A stretch of 59,401 nucleotides of DNA, the filler included, from Dugesia japonica (taxonomy: Eukaryota): assembly GCA_001938525.1 (NCBI GenBank). It is 5 parts of 5 records of this genome, joined end to end, with 100 filler letters (N's around TTAATTAATTAA, not from the genome) between each part and the next. Parts side by side here need not be neighbours in the genome. Positions count along the whole stretch, not along the records: positions 10,082 to 19,346 come from MQRL01567775.1; positions 19,447 to 32,342 come from MQRL01603391.1; 3 more parts are not named here. The stretch is one strand, 5' to 3'. A model generated the notes under the pieces. It saw only the letters and a program-made list of their open reading frames with translations, did not search any database and was not told where the DNA came from. The position numbers were made by a program, and so were the translations under genes. Numbering within the stretch: the first letter of the stretch is position 1; each line of letters starts with the position of its first letter. This document shows positions 12,203 to 23,529 of this stretch, in pieces.

Positions 12203-12429
12203 GAACTAAATAAAAGAAGAACACATTTTTTATATCATCACTTGTGATTCAGTCCCTTAAAAAGCGGAACAATTAGTGCAGCCAGATGATATTAATAGAA
12301 AACCGCTATATCAGTCCTCTGAACAAGTTTAATTTAAATTCATCACTGATTATTGAGAAACTTGTCCAGGTTCATAACCCTCGTAATAAAGGTACTATTT
12401 CTGATCTTACTAAGGATGCTACTCGCCAA

Positions 12430-12961
12430 AAAAACGTTAATAACAATCATAACAACAATACGAGTCATAATATTAGTGCGGATACTACTCATAAGGTAGA
12501 TAGTAAGGGCAATAATAGCAATACAGAATTATTAATAATTTTAATAGTAATAGGGCGATAAATCATACTAATGATGATAATGTGAATGACGTCGAAAATA
12601 TAGTTGAATAAACGGGTCACTGATATTCAAAGTAATAATACAATTATTAACAATGACAGCAATAATATTAGCAATACTAATAATAGTAATGATAATCATA
12701 ATACAGATAATAATAATGGTACTAATAATAATATTGATAAGGGTAATGGCAACATTAGTAATAANNNNNNNNNNNNNNNNNNNNNNNNNNNNNNNNNNNN
12801 NNNNNNNNNNNNNNNNNNNNNNNNNNNNNNNNNNNNNNNNNNNNNNNNNNNNNNNNNNNNNNNNNNNNNNNNNNNNNNNNNNNNNNNNNNNNNNNNNNNN
12901 NNNNNNNNNNNNNNNNNNNNNNNNNNNNNNNNNNNNNNNNNNNNNNNNNNNNNNNNNNNNN

Positions 12962-13035
<74 letters not shown>
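12430..13035. repeat. (AAT)n microsatellite, degenerate to perfect, inside the LTR-like element; contains an N gap
   Basis: Direct sequence. Confidence 0.9.
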
Positions 13036-14740
13036 CGTAAAATTAAAATTTTTTCTCCTTTTAAATTCTTGCGCGTCATCGTTGCTTGGCGATTCCCCCC
13101 TTGGTAACAGATTGAATTAAGTTATTTTAAATCGGTGTTTGCCATATTATGTGTGCATTTTATCTAGGTGCGTGTGTTTATTTTGTTGGTCTAGCTCCAA
13201 CTGCTATATGTGTGTATGGCGAAGTTTATTTAATCGATGTGTCCTCTAGTTGCCTAACTATGAGGCAATGCAAGAGTGTGTATATAGAAGTTAGAGTTGG
13301 ATGTCGTGTATCAACACTGGGGGTTTACTAAATTTGTAGGATCTTCCTCACACCTACTATGGAAAAGGAACTGGGAAAACCGTAACGAAAGGAATTTTAA
13401 CACACCTATTTACTATTCTGGCAATTCATAATATTCACCATTTTATCATATAGAGGAGGTTTAATTTAATTACTTCCACTGCTAAACGAAGCTAGTCACT
13501 CTTCACAAAATCAATGCCACTATTGTAGAACGGAAATTTAGCGGACTGTGACCTGGTCATAGATATTATTGGAATTTTCTCGTTGGAATTTATCCTATTG
13601 TGAGAATATAATGAGTTATGAACCTATTGCACAGTCAGGGGTGAGTTATGAGTTACAAAAAAAAATTTCTTATTTCGGTTACTTATTTGATCCAATTATC
13701 AATGGAGTGAAACTCTCGTTTAGTTGGCTTATAGAATAAATAACTGACTTAAAAATTTCTTGTTTTTTATTATTATCTATTTATTATCAAAGAATTATTA
13801 AACATAAAACAATTTATATTTACCATATTTATTATATAAATCAACGTATAAATAATAACACCAAACTTTACTTTTAATATAGAGTGATGATTCTGCAACG
13901 AGGAGTGATAGGAATGTGGGAGAATCCAAATTCAACGTAATTCTCGGCTTTCTAATTTCTTTCTTCGATTTTCACTGGTAAAACGATCTTTTTCTCTACA
14001 ACGTGGTATTAATTTCTAAATGTTAAAGTTTCTAGTAATTTCTATCTTACGAGTAATATTCTGATATTGAGTCGCCAAATTTCTGCTCACTGCAAGATTT
14101 TTCCACAATTAATATTAGGATAACATAGTGGATAGTTGACTTTGCAATTTATAATCTTCGAATTAAGTCGTAATGATATAAGTTGATTTCGTTTTTTTTG
14201 TAGTTTTTTCGTTACTTTCTCTGGGGGTTTAAATAGCTTCCTGAATACACCCCTTTTAATTAATCTATTTTTTTTCTTTATAATTAATTATTCTGGTTAA
14301 TCATTTTCTCGTTATTAAATAATAGTTCAGTAATTTCCTTGATTTGATATTCTCAGTACTCATTTATCAGCTTTTCTTAGATTGTTCCTCTCGTTATTAA
14401 TTTTCTACCTGATTTCGTTTTGGTATTTGTAATACCGTATTATTCCTTTTTCTCTTTAGGGTACTTGTTGGTAGTGATTATCTAGTTTCCTCCTTGACTG
14501 GTTGTTTCGCCCCAACATTATTAAAATCGTCATTATTGGTAATACTATCATAAATATTGTTAGGCTTACCATCAATTCCAGTAGTTACTAATCACTATTG
14601 AAGCCGTTTATTTATTTTATAGCTCAAGAGGATTTTAAGTTGATAATCGTGATTAAGACCAAACGTCCTCGAATGCTAAATGCTCATTTTATAGACGTAT
14701 TAAGTTAATGATGGTTTTAAAATTCAAAATTATTTAGAAT

Positions 14741-14973
14741 ATGACCACAGAGCTGAGCATCATGTTATCCGGAAGCCGTAAACAACGTAAGGTTTATCGA
14801 TTAAGACAGTTGTTGGCGCACCTTTTCTCCCGAGGTAAAATAGAACATCCCGACGAAACGGATTTAGCTTTTTTCGCGGAGATGTTCCCCTCGGTGACTT
14901 CAGTAGATATTGATGGGGAAAAAGTACTCTCTTAGGTACGAGTACAAACATTCAACCATTATTACCTGTTTAA
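14741..14973 (+). pseudogene. Cassette ORF A (copy 2), frameshifted near the C-terminus
   Basis: RLRQLLAHL...IEHPDETDL..FAEMFP; the tail IQPLLPV* (cf. IGPLLV*) is in a shifted frame; starts ttAG|AATATG. Confidence 0.72.
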
Positions 14974-15082
14974 CATAAAATTTAAAATTGAATAGTTATG
15001 TTTGTGTTCTTGTTTTACTTTTAATTGTTTTACCTTAAAGAAATCATAATTTAAACAAATTTCTGGTTTATCTACTTATAGA

Positions 15083-15493
15083 ATAGAGTTCGTATGGGAA
15101 ACACTATACGATCGCCAGACCAATAAAGTCGTTTTTAAAAGATACTGAAACCCCCATGATCGTAATGCGGGGGTTCTCACAGAATATTCTAACATGCCTT
15201 CCCAAAGAGAGTGGGCTGCAGCGCAGCGCCAAGCATTTTACGAATAGCGCGGACCCGACCATACGCAAGAGGTGCTCCATCGCACCACAATTATAGATCC
15301 CAAAACCAATCAGACCATTAGTGCATGGTGAGAAGGTTCTGCATTCTTACCTGTATCGGCAGAGCATCTACCACCCAAGTCTGGAATAGATGTTGATCAA
15401 GGTAATACGTTATGGGAACTACGAAACCAGGCCGTAGGTGGAACCTCCGAAAATTTTAATAATGTTGTCACAGGTGGAGCTCGAGTTGGCTGA
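15083..15493 (+). pseudogene. Cassette ORF B (copy 2), ATG>ATA and three in-frame stops
   Basis: EFVWETLYDRQTNKVVFKRY*NPHDRNAGVLTEYSNMP aligns with copy 1 ORF B; starts atAG|AATA. Confidence 0.68.
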
Positions 15494-15665
15494 TCTTTGA
15501 AATCTCATTTCCCACTATTTCATGATAAATATATGTTTCCTCTGTATTTCTACAATTATTCCACTATTTTTAATACCTACATTAGGGAATTGAGTGTTAA
15601 ATTGTTAAGTTCTATCGTGTTTTCCGCTTTTGACTAATTGTGTTATAACACTATTTAATTTTTAG

Positions 15666-16025
15666 TGTATTCTTCTTTAAATCGGGCTGTAGCGCCTACT
15701 AAGAAGCTGCGAGAATCCAGTGACGATACAGAAATCACTTTGGACCTTTTTTAGGCTCGCAAAGCGCCGTTGGGAAGCCGATACTGCGACCACCGAGGCT
15801 AAAGTTAAACGTTATAGAAAGAAATGTTTGGAATTTAAGAATGAAGCCAAGGCATCTCACATCCAAGAAAGGGTTTGGATGACCCAGTTAGAAATGCTCA
15901 CTGAAATCATCCGTTCCTACCAAGACCAAGAGAATAAACTGGTTGGTGATATTTTAAGAATACGAAAGGCAATGCCTTCTGCACCATTTATGGTGCATAA
16001 AGGAGTCCAGACATCACGGTTGTGA
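15666..16025 (+). pseudogene. Cassette ORF C (copy 2), +1 T in a homopolymer at ~15750
   Basis: YSSLNRAVAPTKKLRE...RLAKRRWEAD...ENKLVGDIL...VHKGVQTSRL*; starts ttAG|TG. Confidence 0.78.
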
Positions 16026-16155
16026 ATGTTGTTCAACTCTTTAATGATAATAAATAATTCTCTTTTCGACTCAATGTTTTCAGATGATTCTTTCGTTTAG
16101 GTTCAATATATTATTTTAACTTAAAATAAATTAGAATTAATGTCATCATATTTAG

Positions 16156-16550
16156 TGCCTCGAATTACTTTCCCTAACAGTTTGAGACGTTGCCACCGAA
16201 TAATGCGTCGATTATTAGTAGAAAGACACCTTAAACGCCAATCAGATCGTGCCCTCTTGAAGCATCTTTCTCAGCGCAACCAATTGATTAAAAAATTAGA
16301 TTTGATCGTTAAAAAGCAGCATGATTTGGCAATTCAATCCAATAATTTAGAGGAGCAGACTAAACAGCTGCTTCTGAGAAAAATAGATTTCCTAAAACAA
16401 AATATCTCTGACCTTTCGCGTCAACTTGGGAACCCGACCTGGGTGCAGTGGGATGACAATGATGACCAAGCAACTTTTGACTTATTAGTTACAGACCCAG
16501 CCCAGTGGTTAGACCCCGGTGCTCTGTACGAAATGTATTTATTGCAATGA
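16156..16550 (+). CDS. Cassette ORF D (copy 2), intact ~131-aa basic/coiled-coil protein
   Basis: Open frame, homologous to 10411-10793 with mostly synonymous codon differences; starts ttAG|TG (the in-frame ATG at 16140 is not shared with copy 1). Confidence 0.8.
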
Positions 16551-16634
16551 AATATGGTCTAAAATTATGTTTTGATTGGTTTATTTGTTAATATAGTAAG
16601 GAAATAAGGAACCCAAAATAAAGGTGTATGAGTG

Positions 16635-16780
16635 AGTACCTCCCGTAAAGGTCGAAGGTCAACCGCTCTGCCCCGAAGATCTAACTTAGAGACGTTAGAT
16701 TAAAATTCTTGAAGGTGATTCCCTGAGGGCCGATTTTCCCCGGCCAGCGTTCTTTTTACTATCAACTCAGGTGGAACACC
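16635..16780 (-). ncRNA. Conserved multi-stem structure at the element tip (copy 2)
   Basis: Stems GGTGTTCC/GGAATCACC, CCTGAG/CTCAGG, GGCCG/CGGCC and ATCTAAC/GTTAGAT. Confidence 0.6.
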
Positions 16781-17092
16781 AACATTTATACTTGCTTCAA
16801 AGACGTATGTTTCCAACTCAATTTTTAAGAGTTTACACAATGGAGAATCAGTGAAAATCCTTTCTATGATTTTCTAAAAACCATTTAATGGTTTTGAATT
16901 ATTTTTCTATACCTTACAGTTATTTCAATTTCAAAATCCAATTTAGAGATCTACAAAAATCTCGTTCAAGCTACGTATTTCTCCATCTTTTCATAGTCTT
17001 TATTGCTTTTATGAAGAATAATTAAAAAGCTCATTTTGAAGGTATTAAATAGTATTTCTAATTCACAAAATTTATCCACGATTGCTTTAGTA

Positions 17093-17890
17093 CAGTCATG
17101 GGCAAGTTGAGACCCACAGACCACAATCATATTTCGAAGAGAAACAATTTTTTTAAAAATTAAATTTGGACAATAAACTTGTAAAATTAATATGATTGAA
17201 AGGCTTGAAATATGGACAACTCATTAATTTCTTTCAAAATATTGAATCTGAGTACACAGATATTTCTTTCCAGAGGGAAATTTGATGGCTCAGTTAAAGG
17301 AAAGTGTTTCGTAGAGTATGAAATTTAAAATATGACATCATTCTATTTTTGGAAATGAAGAATATTGTGAACTTTCCTGGATTAAGTGATAATGACTGGC
17401 TTTGAGATTTTGCATTGACTCTGGGCATAGTGAATCACCAAAATACTTTTTACTCCGTGTTACATAAAAAAAATTTATTTTCTAATAATATGGTGAAAAA
17501 TTTAAATGGATTTCAATTAAAACTCAAATTGTTTCTTCAACATTTATTGAATAAAAAGTATACTATTTTTCAACCATAAAGTTGTTAAAGAAACCTAAAA
17601 ATAAATTTTAAACATATGTAGTTATCAACGCTTTGAGTGACAATTTGGACAAANACTCTGCGACTTGTTTAACTTTTAAAACACTGAAACAAATTTGGCA
17701 AAAGTACACGATCCATTTTTAATAGATTTTGCTAAATTCCGAGTTAGTTACTGTTTGAAATGATAGATCTGAAGTGTGATTCTGATTAAAGGGAATCGAA
17801 CCTCCGCAAAGAAATCTGTAAATTTTTAAAAGTTCGGGCCAAATTAAAGATTTATTTCCTATGGTTATTTTTGGATCAACTTACAGCTGA
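17093..17890 (+). mobile_element. Degenerate hAT (SPIN/GTF2IRD2/EPM2AIP1-like) transposon
   Basis: IESEYTDISFQREI*WLS*RKVFRR...LFLEMK...FPGLSDNDWL*DFA; TIR-like start CAGTCATGGGCAAG. Confidence 0.75.
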
Positions 17891-20089
17891 TGATTCTCAT
17901 TAATTATGATAACTAATATAACTAACAAAGAAAATGATCTTTCGAATAGATAAACAATGTAAATTCAAAGTTTAAAGTGACAAGTATACAATTACTATAC
18001 AATTTTGAATGTCCGAAATATAGGTTGACTGATATATTTTAAGTATTTTTAGGGTTGTATGCTAGGCTTACATATTTTAATGAGTTATAAAATTTAATGA
18101 TTTTTTTTAAATTTTAAAGGGTAAACTAGAATTAAACTAAAAATTAGTAAATATTATTTTAATTAAATAAAAATAAATCTTTTATAAAAATTACTTATTT
18201 TAGATATTGTGATTTTAACTATTAATGTAATTAGAAATGATCGTTTTTGGTAAATAAGAATTCACAAAATCTACGCATAGTTTTTATGCAAATTTTTTGT
18301 CAACAAAAGAATTGATGCATAATTTTATGCAAACTTACGATTTTCGAAAATGGTATAAATACTGATTTCAAAATCAGTGTAACAACAGAGAGTTAAAAAA
18401 ATTTATTGTAGCTAATATATAGCAGTGAAAAAAAATTATTATTTTTTTTAGCAGTTAAACCTAATATTATAGCTAAATTTAGCAGTTTTTTAGGTAAATT
18501 ATAATATTTAAAATTTTCATTTTATTGAGTGGAATAGTAAAAATCAGTTATTGATTATTATTATTTCAAAATAAGTATCTAAGTAATAACACAGTGGTTT
18601 AAACACTTATTTATTAGTTGTTTAGTTGTTATAAAATATCGTCCCAAATTAATTAAGTGTGGTTTGGAAACGAGGCCCACCATTCTGCTCTTATCAGGCC
18701 GGTATTGTAATGCCGGTATTTATCTTTCTATTAAAATCACTATATAGCGGTTTTCGTTAATACCTAAAATTAATCAACCCTTGTGCAAATTGTAATTTTT
18801 ATTTGTAAATTATAGTTGATTTATCTTAATAAAGTTTATAAAATATAAAATCGTTCTCTTAGTTATTTATTGTTATTATTATATCAAGTTATTTATATCT
18901 AATTAATTAATTAAATACCTACACGCATCTTTTAAAGCAAAATTTGGAGTCAGTAAATAAATTTTTATTTCTTACCCACGAGATCTAACAGTATTTATTA
19001 AGACAAAATAGTAAATATGTAATGACTATACAATATTTAAATGTATGAAATTTATAATGACTGATATATTATTAAATAAATATACTGAAATGGATAAGTA
19101 TATGATTACTATAAAATTTTGAATGTCCAAATATTATGATATATTATTCATATGCGAGTTGACATAAATTTGATGACATTAGCAAAAATATACAATTATT
19201 GACGATGATAACTGATGGTTTTTAAACTATTGTAGCTATTAGTTAAATTTAAAGTCTCACAAGTCTCCATAATTTTTTTATTGATTATTACAAGTCTTTT
19301 CTTAAAAATAAAAATATGAAATAACAATTCACAAATTTCAAACAAANNNNNNNNNNNNNNNNNNNNNNNNNNNNNNNNNNNNNNNNNNNNTTAATTAATT
19401 AANNNNNNNNNNNNNNNNNNNNNNNNNNNNNNNNNNNNNNNNNNNNTTCCTCTTATTTTGCACCATTTCCCATCATTTACCACTATTTAGCTATATTTAT
19501 GAATAAATGGTAAAATTTCCCTTATTTTAGTAAAATTATATATATTTTAATAGTGATGATACAAATTCAAATTCAATTACTTACAATAAGATATATATAT
19601 GTATATTAGATTTAAAATAACGGAAATTTTACTAAAACTATTCAAAAAATTACTAAAATAAGTGACAATTTACTAACTGTTCTTAAATTTAGCTATATTT
19701 ACTCTATTTTGCCATAGTTTCTTTATTTTTTAATGGGTTTTAATGCATATTTTCACTTCATATTTTCAAAGATCTCACTTCACTAATCTTTAAAGAGTGT
19801 CATATATTGATAAAAGAAGACAATAAGATTGGTGATAGTGAGTAAGAGTTGATATGACATGCTTTTTATTTAAAATAATGAAACTATTTTAGTATATTTT
19901 AGTCGTATAATTATCCTTCTGCTTCATTTCTTGCTCATTGGCATCCTTGCTTGCTTTTTGGTTTTATGGGTTTCTTTTTCCTTTTGATAGCCAATATTTA
20001 GAGACATTGTTAGAAAAAAGACTTCAATATAGAAAATAAGTATCTCAACATTGAAAATATTAGTTTCAATAGATAAAATTAAGGTCCTA

Positions 20090-21085
20090 TTAATAAAAAT
20101 AGGAGTTTTATCATGAAAATGTTAGTTTGGTAATGGTAAATATAGGATTTATTATGGAAATAATGATTTTATCATGAAAATATAGGTTTAATGGAAAAGA
20201 GGGATTTATTCATGAAAATACTGGTTTTTTAAAGAAAATATGTGTTTTATAATAAAAGTATTGGTTTTTTCATTGTATATTAGACCATTAAATTAGATAT
20301 ATTCAATACACTACATTAGGATTTATTGATATTTTCCATACTTAGACCAATACAGGGACAACCAAGTAATACTTATTCAATTATGTCTTATTCAGACTAG
20401 CGTTCGCTTCATTCTCTGTAAGTTTTTTTGCTTTGAGTTAGAAAAGTGATAAGTAAGGACAAGAAAGAGAAGAATCAAATTTACTGAAACTCGTGAGATT
20501 TAATCTGAAATTTCATAGTAGTCAATAAATATTTTATGAAATTCCACAGTAGTCGATAACAATTGTCTGAAATTTCATAGTAGTCGATAATATTTTCAAA
20601 ATCCTATTTAAAAGAATGAGAAAACAAATCTAAAAGTGACTAGAAGTCTCTAAATATTTTATGAAGTTATGCAGTTGTCACAAATTATTTAATAAAATTG
20701 TAAAGGAGAATTAAAACTTTTTATGAAATTTACATGAAGTATGCTAGATGAATGAATAATATGTTGTATTACATATAAAGTATGTGTGAGATAAGTGCAA
20801 TAGAAATGCCACTTACGTGATATTCTAATATTACACAAGAAAAGGAATACATGAAAATTATTGATTCTAATACTTACAAGTTTCATGACCCACAAATTCA
20901 TTCATATAATTACTTAGTAAAATTTTGTTTCAATTGTTAATATTATATACACAATACTCGTTACCAACAGCTTTTGACAAACCCGATTCTCACTATCATC
21001 AAGTCTTACCATACACAATACTCGATATCATCAATTCTTAACATACATAATACTCGATACCAACAAGTATTAACATATAGAATAC
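20090..21085. repeat. Cluster of short degenerate tandem arrays (~20-bp unit 20090-20270; ~30-bp units 20500-20600 and 20948-21085)
   Basis: Repeated ATAGGATTTTATCATGAAA, TGAAATTTCATAGTAGTCGATAA and ATACACAATACTCGATACCAAC units. Confidence 0.7.
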
Positions 21086-21239
21086 AAATACAATAAAAAA
21101 ATATAGTTCTAATATGTTTATTTACCAATTAATCACCTACTTGGAACATATAAATTTATTCTTTCATTCATTAAAATTCTAACAAATTATATATAAACCT
21201 ATTATAAACCTTTCAAATCAAATCATTTTTTAAAATTAA

Positions 21240-21700
21240 ATTCTCTCTCTAAAAGCACTGGGATCATTAAATTTTGATGAAAATTTTAATAACTTATAAT
21301 TTTTTATTTCTATCCGTTAAGCATGCTCTGGAATTTTGACCATGTTCTCTCAAATTTTCTCTTTCAAGATTTTAGATGATGTTTTTCTTGATCAGTGAAA
21401 ACATTCTCTATCTAAAAGAAACTCCTTTGACCAATTGTGAAATACTTTATTAATTTTCGAAAAAAGTTACCAAATCAAGGCGGACATCTGTATATCTTCG
21501 TAAGGAAGCATTTTTACCGAGACAGACACAATTTTCTCCTGAGTAAAACAAATTTAAGACTGCATATTCAATTATCATTGGATAATATCACATCCGAAGT
21601 GCATAAATTATACCAAATCAAATTTATACGAAAATGCCCCAATTTTCCAAATTTATTATTAATTAAAATAAAATTTGTAGAAAATAAATAAACATTTGAA
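21240..21700 (+). repeat. Partial copy of the dispersed repeat family at 33006-35230
   Basis: Shares TTGATCAGTGAAACATTCTCTATCT with ~29950 and CCAAATC..CGAGACA..TCCTGAGTAAAA with 33560-33660. Confidence 0.55.
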
Positions 21701-23529
21701 TTTTTTTAAAGGTAGGATGTGTAAATAGATGGGAGAAGAGCCTAGGATAATTTCACGAGAAAATCAAAAAACTTTGTTTAATATAAAAAAATGATTTATT
21801 TTTAAAAATGACGAGTCTTGCAAAGATGNNNNNNNNNNNNNNNNNNNNNNNNNNNNNNCACTTGGATTATTCTAGAAATCCTCGTTAACGATTCCTATAA
21901 ATTTGGATGAAGTGTGAACGAAATAAGCAAATTAAGAGTAATTTCTAAAAATAGGCTTAAAAACACAACAAAGAATTAATTACTCAGACTTAATTATTTT
22001 CTATAGACTTTTGAAATATTTTGATGTTTAATCGAGGTTAAATATAGGTTGGGCAATGATTAATTAAAAATATAAAATTACTAGAATAGAATAAAATAAA
22101 ATAATAGAGAAAGAAAGAACCAATAAACACAATTTATTTGCAAATTGTATTTGATAGTTTATTATCATGATCATCGTAATTATTATTTGCATAATTTACA
22201 AAACAATTCATCTCTCTTATTATTGATAATCAATGTTAATTATAATTATAAACACAATTATAAACACACAGGCGCATGCAAGCTTTACGAAATTCAACCA
22301 ATCAAATTGAATGCTTTGATTTCTTTGTTGCAGTCCTAAAATTAATGAAAAAATAATGTTTAAATTAATTTTAAAAAATTGAAGTAACTAAATCGTGAGT
22401 AATCAATCTTAAATATTCGATGTTTCCTCTTGATGCTGACTTGAGGTGGAAACGGAGTGGGATCAGGCGAGAAATTATATCCCACATTGATTGGTTGGAT
22501 AGATGATTGCAAATTCTGATTGGTGTCTAAAATAATTCTTAGAATTTCTGTAAATTTCATTTTAATTGAGTAATAAAATATGATTATTAATTACGTATAT
22601 TTTAACAAAATATTAATAAAAAAATATTTTCGAAAAAATTAACTAAATTATATTTGTCCATTCTTCGTTGTAATTTATAGAAATATAGTTGCCATTCAAA
22701 ATATTTTAAATTTTACAATAAAACATATATAAAAACATTTTTTTAATATTTAAAACATTTAAATTCTTCAATCATTTTATTTTTTATTTATTTGAAATAT
22801 TAATTTTGATTTTTTAAAGAAACATTTTGGTTAATATTTTTTACTAATTTTGATAAATATCTGATTTAAATAAATGAAAAAATTTATTTTTATTTTTTTT
22901 AAGAAAGACAAATTTTTTTAAATAAATTTTTTTAAAATGTTGATCTTAAAGAATTTTCATAGAAATTCAACTCGATATTTTGAAATTTATATTTTTGTTG
23001 AAAATTTAATATTTATAAAATTTTACAATGGAAAAATTAATAATTTTTTTAATGTCGAAAATTTTAAATTAAATAAAAGAACAGTAGGATACCAATCTCA
23101 TTAAATTAAAAGCTTCGATTAAAATGTTATTTTGCGTTCTCAGAATTTTTCACTATTGTCTTCTTCACGAATTCAAGAAAATGGTTGAAAATTCGGATTA
23201 CTACGAAATAGGAGATAAAAAGAAACAAAATAAAATTTTGATCGAAGTTTTTATTTTAATTCAACAAAATTTCAAATACAATCAATGGTTAAGTTCAATA
23301 ATTATTCTAGTAGTATTTGTAATAGTAAAATTGTTATTCAATAATGTTTAAATACTTTTAGAAAACAAATATTAGAGTTGTAAAAATCAAAAATAAAAAT
23401 TTGTGATCAGTTCAAAATCAATAATAATTTAAATATGAAAAATAGAAATATCCCAGCTAATAAATAATTATGCCAAAAATTCCACTTGATTTTACGAATT
23501 TTTGACAAATCGATAATGGAAATGATCTG

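Larger units (their letters stand above)
10155..14517 (+). mobile_element. Inner giant solo-LTR-like element (copy 1), ~4.4 kb
   Basis: Termini TTTTGGGGTTCCACC (TGTTGGGG with one substitution) and TTTCGCCCCAACA; TTAT on both flanks (10151-10154, 14518-14521); internal (AAT)n tract; candidate TATATA at 13281. Confidence 0.72.
9916..16784 (-). mobile_element. Outer giant LTR-like element (copy 2), interrupted by copy 1 and by a scaffold gap
   Basis: Minus-strand start TGTTGGTGTTCCACCTGAGTTG at 16784. A terminus homologous to copy 1's right end (..TCCTTAATCCGGTGTTTCACCCCAACA on minus) lies at 9916. Linkage across the linker gap is inferred and the flanks match imperfectly (ATTAT/TTTAT). Confidence 0.55.

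Noticed and set aside
12286-13120. Asn-, Ile- or Leu-rich ORFs
   Set aside because: Translations of the (AAT)n tract and the N gap.
22270-22560. 66-aa ORF and cluster of CCAAT-like words
   Set aside because: Could be small exons or a promoter, but no recognisable homology or associated gene supports either.
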